DNA from: Rhizaria sp. SCN 62-66
Taxonomy: Eukaryota
DNA length: 64,000 nt
Direction of reading: 5' to 3'
Assembly: GCA_001724265.1 (NCBI GenBank)
Contig: MEDY01000091.1
Span: 1-64,000, forward strand
Shown: in pieces, positions 59,601 to 64,000 of the stretch
Layout: every line of letters begins with the position of its first letter
Numbering within the stretch: the first letter of the stretch is position 1
The notes under the pieces: model-generated
Database searches by the model: none
Told to the model about the DNA's origin: nothing
The model's input: the letters and a program-made list of their open reading frames with translations, nothing else
Made by a program: the position numbers and the translations under genes

Positions 59601-62600
59601 GCGGCGTCGAGGCGCGCCACGACGTCGCCCGACAGCAGGCGGTGGCGGCGGCGCGTGTACGTCTCTGAGTCGAAGTCGATCGCGCCGGAGCCGTGCTCGT
59701 CGTTGCCGCCATCGCCGTGCTCAGCGTCGGCGTCGGCGTCGGCGTCGGCATCGTCACCGTGCTCGTTGTCGCCGTGCTGGCCGTGCGCGGCGTCGTCGTC
59801 GCTGTGGTCGCCGGCGTCGGACACGTCGTCGTCGTTGTCGCTCGCGTCGGCGGCGTCCTCCTCCTCGAAGTCTGTGTCGTCGCCCTCGCTCAGCGCGTCG
59901 AACGCGTTGTTGAACACATCCAGACCGGCCGCGCGCGCGCGCTGCTCGCGCTTGCTCAGCTTCGCACCGGGGCCGCGCGGCGGGCGCAGGTTCACGGGCT
60001 TCTTGCCGTGCTTGCCCTTGCCGGGGTTGTACTTAGAGTTGTCGATGGGCTCGCCGGTGTTGGTGTCGAGCAGACCGCTGCCGAAGTCGTAGCCGCCGAA
60101 CGCTCCGGCAGCGGCGGCCTCGGCGTCATCTTCGTGGGCGAACTCGCCGCCGCTGTTGCTGCTGCCGCGCACCTTGGGCAGGCGCAGCGGGGCGGGGCGG
60201 TGCAGCGCGGCGAGCTCGGCCAGCGGGTGCAGCACCGCGGTGATCTGCGTGAGCACGCGGCGCAGCACGGCGGTCTTGCTGTTGTCGCCCTCGGCGACCT
60301 CGCCGTCCTCCTCGCCCGCGGGGCCCGCGAGACCCGCGCTGGCGGTGGAGCGGCCGGACATAGGACGCGAGCCAGAGCCCGCGGCAGAGGCGCCCGAACG
60401 CGGGCGGCTGCCGCTGTGCGCGGCGTCGCCAGCGCTGGCGTGGAACTGGTCCTCCTCCTCGTCGCCGTGCTCGTGCCCGTGCTCGTGGGCGCCCTCGTCG
60501 CCGTCCTTGTTCTCGTCCTCGGCGTCGTCGGCACCCTCGGGCGCGGTGAGGCCCAGCTCGACGCTTTCATCGCGGTGCGTCACCTGCGCGACGCGCACGC
60601 GCTTGTCCAGACAGCGCACGCCGTCGACGAGCGCGTAGGGCACCGTCGCCGTGTCGGCCACGTAGCATTGCACCTCGCGCGCCCAGTTGCCCTCGCGCTG
60701 CGCCTTGTCGATGATGGCGCGCAGCACGGCGCGGTCCAGCCGCGTCGCGCCAAAGCGCTGGTGGTTGAGCAGCTTCGACGACACCACGGGGCCCGGGGCG
60801 GCGCGGTGGCCGCCCTCGTCGTCGTCTTCGTTGCGGTCCTCCTCGTCGTCGTCCTCGGTGGTGCTGGCGTTGCTGTGGTTCGGGACAGAGTCCTCGTCGC
60901 CGTCGCCGTAGGCCGCGATGAAGTCGGGGGTGAGCGCGACGCCGTCCTCGGCCATCTCGTCCTCGTCGCCGTAGCCGTCGTCGAGCTCCTCCTCCTCCTC
61001 GTCCTCGTCGTAGTCCTCGTCCTCGTCCTCATCTTCGTGGAGACCAGCGCCGCGCTGCTCGATGCGCTGCGCGCGCTTGAGCGCCTTGATGCGGCGCTGT
61101 GCGGCGCGCTCGAGCTTGTTCCGCGCGCGGCGCAGGCGCAGCGCTGTGAGCACCTTGCGCACCTGCACGCGCGCGAGCAGGCGCGCGGCGGCCGGGAGCG
61201 CCGTCGCGTCAGGCTCGGCGAGCTCGAAGCCCGCCAAGTCGCGGCCCACGCGCGCGCGCTGGTCCGAACCCTTGAGCAGCGCGTCCTCGTCCTGCAGCGA
61301 CAGCGCAAAGACGACCTGCGGCGGCCACACGCCCTGCAGCGCGCCCTCGCGCTCACACTCCTCCTCCAGCCCGCCCGCGGCCGCCGTGCGCGCGTTGGCG
61401 CTGCTCGTGGCGGCGATAAGGTCGGCGACCGTGTCGGCCGCGGCCGAGGGCGTGGGGGCGAGCGTGGCGAGCAGCGCCGGGGAGAGCGGGAAGTCGCCCA
61501 GGACGAAGCCGTGGAAGCGGACCTGCGGCGAGTAGAGGCGGTAGCGCAGCAGCGCAAGCATGTGCGCCGGGGACAGCGCGCCGCCCTCGAAGAGCGTGTC
61601 GACGGCGCGCATGACGCCGTCCCACTTGGACTCGGGACCCTCGGACTCGGCCGCGTTGCCGTTGCCGTCAGGGCTAGGCTCGGCGCCCGAGGCGCTGGAG
61701 GACGCCGAGGCCGGAGGGTGCGCGAGCGCGTAGGCGATCACGTCGTCGGCCGTAATGTGCACGATACCGTAGAGCACCTGCAGCGAGCGGGCCAGCGCGT
61801 CGCAGCCCGCGCCCGGCTTGCCGACCAGCCACACCGACAGCGGCGCCGGCGCCGAGGCCGCGTGCAACAGCGCCGCGTCCGCAGTCACGCCGCGGGCCGC
61901 CGCGCTCTGCACCGCGCCTGAGACGGCGACTGCGCCGTCCTTGGTGGCGGGCAGGAGGGCCTCGATGGTGTTGGTAAGCAGAGCGGGGATGCGCGCGGCA
62001 AAGTTCTCGCTGGCAACGTCCGCGTCAGCGGCGGCGCTGGCGCTGGCGCTGGCGTTGGCGGGGGCGCCGACCGGAAGCGTGGCGCCGGCGGGGGACACGA
62101 GCGTGCTGTAAGGGGGCAGCAGGTCGGTGTAGACCATCTCGCTCGCACTCACGCTCGCGGCAGCAGCGCCGGCGCCCACAGCGGCGGCACCGGACGCGGT
62201 CGCGAGGGCGATGCGCTCAGCCTTCTTAGCCAGCGCGGCGGCGCGGGAGACCGCGTCGCCGCTCTCCGCAGCAGCGGCGGCGGCGCTCTGGCCGGCGCCG
62301 AAGTGGCCGTGCGCGTCGCCGTCGTGCTCGCCGTCGTTCTCGTCGCCGTTGTTCGTGCTCGCCGTGTGCTTGTTGACGAACTCGACCGTCGACACGTAGT
62401 CGTCGTGGTCAGCACTGCAGTCGTCGCCGCCGTCGCCGCCCGCGTTGGCGTTGTCGTTGGCGACGCTCTCCAGCTCGGCGGCCTGCGCTTCGAGCGACAG
62501 CGCGCGGTCGACGTCGCCGTCCTCGCGCGCAAGCCCGGCCTGTGCACGCAGGGCCTCGACGCGCGCGCGTGCGCTGTCGCGGGCGGCGCGCGAGAAGGCC

Positions 62601-64000
62601 GCGCGCGCCGAGGCGAAGGCCGGGAGCGTGACGGCCGCGTGGCGCGCCACCAGCGGCGTGTACGCGCTTAGCGGCTGCGACAGCGGCGCCGCGGGGTCGT
62701 GCAGCAGCGAGGGCGCCGAGGACAGAGAGAGCGGCATGTACGCGTACAGCGAGCGCTTTGAGCCCGCGGAGCCGGCGCCGGCACCGTTGTTGTTGTTGAG
62801 CTGGTTGCTGACTGCGGCGAGCACAACGGGGTGCGCCTGCGCCTGCGGCAGGGCGGCAAAGGCCGCCAAGAGCTCGCTTGTGCACAGCGTGCGCACCGCG
62901 AGCCCGTCGCCCGCGCCGCCCAGCAGCGCTAGCGCGGCGTCGCCTACGGAGCCCGCGGAGACAGAAGCGTTGGCGTTGGCAGCGGAGAGGTTCTGGGCCT
63001 CGAGGCTGGCGGCCACGGTGTCCTCGGCGTCACTGTCAGAGTCGAGCTCAGCGAACAGACCGCCCACGGCAGCGCTGGAGCTGGAAGAGCTCGAGCTGGA
63101 GCTGCTGCCGCGAGCGCTGCTGCCGCTGGCGGAGGGCGTGTCGTCGGCGGCGGGGGGCTCCTCGTCGTCCGACTCGGGCAGCCCGTCAGCAAGCGCCTTG
63201 AGCCCGCGGCGCAGCGGCACGGCCTCGATGTCAGTCTTGGTCACGCTCGCAGCGCCGCTGCTGCTGGGCTTGCTGCGGGACATGACCACGGGCCGGCGGT
63301 GCGCGGGGCCCGCGGCGCCGCTGCTCGGGGCGGCTGGCGCGGCGGGCGCGGTCGGCGCCGCGGGGGGCTGCGGGCGCAGGCGCGGGCGGGCCGGCTCCAG
63401 GACCAGCCCCCAAGCCCGGCCCTTGACCTTGCTCTTGAGCGATAACGCGCGCGAGGCGCCGGCCTCCACGGTCGCCGCGGGGGCGTCGCATGGCGCGACC
63501 AGTGCCAGCGCGGCGGCGTTGCTAACAGCACTGGCAGCGGTGGCGGCAGCGGGGACGGGCGCAGCGGACGCGGTGGGCGTGTTGAGCGATGAGGCGCGGG
63601 ACGCGGTGGGGCGGGGCAGCGGCAGGTGGCTGTGGCGGGAGCCAGCACGCTGCAGGCCCTCGGGACTGAAAGGGTTACTGCCGCCGCCGGCGCCGCTGCT
63701 GGCGTAGTTGGAGTTGGCGCTGGCGCCGCCCGCGCGGGGCGTGTTGGCCAGCGACACGGGCTGGCGCGCGCTGGCCGTGGCGGCGTGGTGCACGAAAGGG
63801 AAGCCGCCGCCAGTGGCCACCGACGCGGGCGTCGCGGGCACGGGCGCGTGCGGACGGCCCGGGATCGACTCGATCGAGCTGCGGCGGCTCAACATGTCGT
63901 CCGTGACGACGACACCCAGCGCCGTGTTGGTGCTGTTGGCGCCGCCATTGACGCCGTGCATCGAGTGCGAGAACATCGACAGCGGCGAGTGCGGCGTGCC
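47612..64000 (-). CDS. AK9: Giant adenylate kinase 9 (AK9)-like protein, >5460 aa; frame open at the window edge
   Basis: Four P-loop-like motifs (GKPGAGCD ~61810, GGPLAGKT ~57975, GPVASGKS ~56795, GPALSGRT ~52345), GFVLGDFP/GWVLD blocks, repeated YHS-like [YF]CPV...Y..SS...F..NP..Y modules, and AK9-type C-terminus SYLE...LAECG..R..YPGL....S.LLFLALLLAALN. Stop is TAA. Confidence 0.82.
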   Translation of the reverse strand, partial: GTPHSPLSMFSHSMHGVNGGANSTNTALGVVVTDDMLSRRSSIESIPGRPHAPVPATPASVATGGGFPFVHHAATASARQPVSLANTPRAGGASANSNYASSGAGGGSNPFSPEGLQRAGSRHSHLPLPRPTASRASSLNTPTASAAPVPAAATAASAVSNAAALALVAPCDAPAATVEAGASRALSLKSKVKGRAWGLVLEPARPRLRPQPPAAPTAPAAPAAPSSGAAGPAHRRPVVMSRSKPSSSGAASVTKTDIEAVPLRRGLKALADGLPESDDEEPPAADDTPSASGSSARGSSSSSSSSSSSAAVGGLFAELDSDSDAEDTVAASLEAQNLSAANANASVSAGSVGDAALALLGGAGDGLAVRTLCTSELLAAFAALPQAQAHPVVLAAVSNQLNNNNGAGAGSAGSKRSLYAYMPLSLSSAPSLLHDPAAPLSQPLSAYTPLVARHAAVTLPAFASARAAFSRAARDSARARVEALRAQAGLAREDGDVDRALSLEAQAAELESVANDNANAGGDGGDDCSADHDDYVSTVEFVNKHTASTNNGDENDGEHDGDAHGHFGAGQSAAAAAAESGDAVSRAAALAKKAERIALATASGAAAVGAGAAAASVSASEMVYTDLLPPYSTLVSPAGATLPVGAPANASASASAAADADVASENFAARIPALLTNTIEALLPATKDGAVAVSGAVQSAAARGVTADAALLHAASAPAPLSVWLVGKPGAGCDALARSLQVLYGIVHITADDVIAYALAHPPASASSSASGAEPSPDGNGNAAESEGPESKWDGVMRAVDTLFEGGALSPAHMLALLRYRLYSPQVRFHGFVLGDFPLSPALLATLAPTPSAAADTVADLIAATSSANARTAAAGGLEEECEREGALQGVWPPQVVFALSLQDEDALLKGSDQRARVGRDLAGFELAEPDATALPAAARLLARVQVRKVLTALRLRRARNKLERAAQRRIKALKRAQRIEQRGAGLHEDEDEDEDYDEDEEEEELDDGYGDEDEMAEDGVALTPDFIAAYGDGDEDSVPNHSNASTTEDDDEEDRNEDDDEGGHRAAPGPVVSSKLLNHQRFGATRLDRAVLRAIIDKAQREGNWAREVQCYVADTATVPYALVDGVRCLDKRVRVAQVTHRDESVELGLTAPEGADDAEDENKDGDEGAHEHGHEHGDEEEDQFHASAGDAAHSGSRPRSGASAAGSGSRPMSGRSTASAGLAGPAGEEDGEVAEGDNSKTAVLRRVLTQITAVLHPLAELAALHRPAPLRLPKVRGSSNSGGEFAHEDDAEAAAAGAFGGYDFGSGLLDTNTGEPIDNSKYNPGKGKHGKKPVNLRPPRGPGAKLSKREQRARAAGLDVFNNAFDALSEGDDTDFEEEDAADASDNDDDVSDAGDHSDDDAAHGQHGDNEHGDDADADADADAEHGDGGNDEHGSGAIDFDSETYTRRRHRLLSGDVVARLDAATVPQWIPVAEGLVPTPALWDQRWAPTATVATTDLGLLSLAYARSVSIEAPAAQLARLNFYAEETEPALKTLVSSFPVPPVVVTAGQVLRDGRYNHSLALPQLPGAMQIVHLSAQDTEVDVLRSAAHVLLYRATAAAGRKPVVRSVAKLLAVPVGFDEAPPAAAPAHGHQAHSAKKSGAHHDEYHDEYAVDHGAPHGAIAVPASSEAAAPHDVASAIPLPLSAALRRVELASAAALYPLTLERDADSGVLPSAADVNDNVCSVFVREYEADSEEARRLRSLRSVTTADDDAADAVLAAVQQSLAESNNNNNSADGDAGGGNVVRAAVTAVLNELEPATAHALLLSDVDAQSSGLGFAFHRDANAPTGVSSGAIGAGSVALTAALDVAQQTQLLAAPVAAFSSPHVPDAIARVCVPPPAVSHLHRDLPLNTGYSPTSVQDANGATVPTTAPLPLPLRVHDVPGDAPAAAHVWFSAFERYCPVALRDHDALVKGDAALTCVYRGACYYLSSRAALRKFNANPDCYTLAPPALPSSYTVVLLGGPLAGKTAVARRLAALHGFVSVTLETLQAWESAEIDAAVDANAESNGADDGTIASDEAAPKAPASAAVPRVWGSALRGRRVVVDGAGIASGAAYDELLRLLSLAGVAVNATVALVLDEPEGVYMRQRQQTARSLAYSSAAAAAVIDSEQKDAGDDNTASAAAAAAAVGGKLTKDEDHLCELSVEFHDVAWRHLEAHLHDHGHAYTVIDAGLHSSFAATFDRVHCAVDPFHRHRRSRLPTVIPVTEEYLSQCAAAATSSSGSSSGSGSGSGAHGGSVVVVPAEVAALPTHALDVPALRQLQFGTTCFCPVSLVDSGLLVPGKPTLKIRFASAVYSLFSDAAVAAFLANPQRYHTLDSRNPAFGPNAAAALAGAHRALPESLALLPAPRAMIVGPVASGKSSLARALTAQLGLTRHIKLSDELLPRLTTLVTTALAARDSARHSARTERRACRGKLRQQHDAYRTAHDERAAARAARAAVRRETKRARRAAERQEQRRADRQRRRETGEEADSDAEEQMYHNDGYAAEDVRGDEEEGAYSDDEEERAAAEKEEAEDSNELRTQFAHLYQKPSTSGAGHGEGESFAADEQDAHADGEEPEQEQDPEDVSSQVADAPGREVSTALGFLLAVATHAAATIALRDVQQQQASAASSSAGENSSTAAAVAKAAALGAEALGTVPASTRVAGLLRTVQAAVDAHARSAHADAVADAAEAEATLLRFTEAAERERVEAGLPEIHPRVAVVLEQMQSKVYAARVLANRLAVGLGIESADAIIPKKRAPTPTNGDCVASANAHGKDKAAAAAAAAAAAAAPAFELLSFETISSTYGFEPVPAAVLAEMDDEAKLRCIARAIRVRERLAKPQHGSEVKLRGLPAVPAPAPKLHTALAELLHDSDWVSHTDIENAVAEAVLVGGQPTLTDDQQRARRLNLKYAAMRALTQGSNGSDASTALSVVDTAKEAIAVLQSEDALDVATNKQSGWVLEVDLYSDSLLSVIASVLSAHPDTLPHLVAPLDVQEGEAVVRLQRDLLRTEFKARATALAAKAKARYCELKRSEMARAQARMERLEVIRQARGVVRGVYTKRSEFLRAVVAENVKLGKARAEAADHSDSDDDDENNNNASAAASAAQQLQQQGADGVPVVRMSRKAVIKTHQDAIDALLSKLDAVRKEEAAAIAQCRTALSKLAPAKVLMSAAKRAAQSRAAARRRAVIVSSLTAEDSEPANLGVGTAEASEDPSLAEEEAGHLTPPLLALLEKDAAATIAAAQNAALASAAAAARKSGSSGTGEDGDDDEDESDEEEHGAPQHDDGGNAGDDDGGVVMSAKDRELAWWLSLVTESAARSKIERAFAANGGLTIDPNAADNDDGEEHNDDYGADNSDIDTDSLDGDNNDDGDDEGGAGRAMRKARRAAVTDNTVDLEIVSATRLIAKLRAELSKYLDPKHANNAGASAGSSAVGSVVAMAPMFTAAEHRALSAKAFEVALEAVKAQESALREEFARTVQDTEGFTAALSALQLVTLPTLDTTVTEEDLPALRLLGNTHHASVAAYERDRRSGGQVTVSGRGSRKAIVSTTNAHLVDKLYQVKTIDQLAVPPLFVATCVRRAASRLFRRCQPFLTRSRALLVKPHVLSLQEALRLLRLGAKTLREFGTHCPVALAETRLKAAAHSAVANPAQALVNQAVAGAGPCAHGKGGVLATAATAGTFAAGYDVTGLSASGAYSGPGVYAMVASAVTHSYGASGDSYSLSAANANGSASGAVGGYNGLGGLPGFSAATGSGAHSDALAVSGSLVPLLNQPDCLSSGSAFPVMWGHNIVFCSSPRARLVFMADVYRFLSSATLPIAPTPGALSLSGCGSAGATSLEATPISGVLSPRSPLTAAVVGPALSGRTTLAAALADKLAAVSLDAVSAVRAAAARASAPAASLFDAHTVTSAAAADALASLCAPLSTSPAVRAALAAIAQREQRRRRRAAVRLRRARAEALSAAPAPEDGDGAEEQAELASVVEHTEFEAHTAVLTRANITDKAVYNKSLLRMKHDKAQFTLPSPSRRAEAELEVEFGGDYFNYQGGSSSAANAAANAAAVMQRASDQYVRALAQPHPRGNTVRLPLPLSSLLHKAAASASLYANNGNNAPASTGSSLSTTASGVVAAAPTVLGTVLRATLDAGASPSAALIALSLRAAVTSAECRLRGWVLDAPPSNSPSSPYAGGNASADSQSDDAAANNAADESNARAAVKGGVAGVSVWTWLQALSVAPQLTVSLQLNEALSAAGADCTALRRARLLAAARALAATDRAASLSYWARTPRLPLAQPQDGAGAASSGPRARPAASVAGSVLAPLPPVVRPALPEGVTDPGAGDPVAVALGLVRVGEEGEDVYEDVYLPYGTGADGEDAVYGVSGIDASGTGLALAAGAWAHPAHLIGLEIASDSKNADADADAGFADEEEEDYEDARPVALSNKQVAALTLVGSKVVVDTEASVAAGGNASLDKQARAKARAAAAAAAVLPTPAAAAAYAATTLLVPSLASPVTAAVTAALAAYAPRNTGAAAPASTATKLLSVSRMPSNASINAGTATASAPITAVVASSAGEDVLVLDAAATQWALLDACMPPLASRALARAAYLRATALGAPALCAHLALSGSGASGNVSAHGGSASARSAAKTGVVGKAQGVWRRYCPVAWADHGKLVKADSGLAASAGYDDADAGEDNLFTAASAAAAASGANSALLPSGSLCYAVDLAGTIYRASSAAALCALLSNPWRYAAKDALRKLSRPLQLHAAAVPLTASSAAAGESAAAFLKSLETLAEAVPALPAAAARPRRLTLLEWQRLLLLSNGYNASSGSGSPRTRVAPSPPPGLAPAAASPRPASRTGSSSSSSSSGSGSVSVFALQGRCPVAAHNARARGTLALAATGLPVADSSAAGNGSSVSNGEWYWCVVYCKRVYRCGSEAAARKFSAEPLKYLLGDKYKSPKASARGGQTSAAAAVSPQEAAEQAEDKMRQLIAFTSGSSGSSDAAAAGCAASTESSTYSYLERRAAPGAASVSEVLSAALAECGATRVLYPGLATGPSQLLFLALLLAALNEQQRDHLVKVAHGSAVGALTFTPNNTNASSSNKTASGGVTAGALMGSLASADTNATGAASGAGVGVHAQRLALFLSRCSLVPTLAATIRTSGLANTASANAAPAAPAGAAAGAAAAAAARPQSGALARPPSARTRRVYDDSAAWATRSLPALANTAAAGSSVRPSPYTDTAAAAASNGKAASVGGVDVAALRDLVRSHIDRSTTTGPVATASASAAVKSSSVSDAASVSALLDAVPLLSLENDEARLPLLLRVYGDILLSLGRRGTDDAAAGASAAAAQSGDSGDHGHGEAKAAAVAGAATATELFLAAEEVGSDAATAAATRALRDALIALHNKTAANNSKPAAAAKNGVAVKSDADERKQREESAFRKASAYVHLSQYFH

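Noticed and set aside
47600-63707. Long + strand ORFs (up to 1861 aa) opposite AK9
   Set aside because: Same antisense artefact of GC-rich codon usage; no domain signatures.
1-64000. CRISPR arrays, rRNA, tRNA, transposase/reverse-transcriptase genes or a spliced-leader RNA gene
   Set aside because: None recognised by eye. Repeats are trinucleotide tracts or simple duplications. A short novel ncRNA could have been missed without covariance-model searches.

Overview
This is a gene-dense, GC-rich nuclear segment of a eukaryote, not a prokaryote. It carries 13 protein-coding genes separated by short AT-richer spacers, with 8 GT-AG introns of 121-292 nt (donor mostly GTACGY) that I could place so the frames join. 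In order: a 5'-truncated low-complexity protein, an IQCH-like protein, an N-acylated AGC/GRK-like kinase, a KNS3/At5g58100-like ER membrane protein, a secreted saposin-like protein, a small polytopic membrane protein, a ~995-aa peptide deformylase, an unknown protein, YjbQ/UPF0047, TAPT1/Emp65, a cyclophilin-SYF2 fusion, a PDR/ABCG transporter and a >5,400-aa AK9-like protein. IQCH and AK9 point to a flagellated protist; a SAR affinity is only a weak guess. Four signals stand out. (1) The otherwise intact ABCG gene has one in-frame TAG, while none of the 13 genes ends in TAG (7 TGA, 6 TAA), which could be UAG recoding or a simple nonsense mutation or error. (2) Ten of the 11 genes with visible 5' ends have a 3'-splice-acceptor signature 0-42 nt before the ATG, as expected for spliced-leader trans-splicing or pervasive 5'-UTR introns. 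(3) The same +1 frame break occurs in both copies of a 99-bp duplication. (4) Conserved enzymes are swollen by very large low-complexity insertions inside their folds. Family assignments are from remembered motifs; no searches were run.
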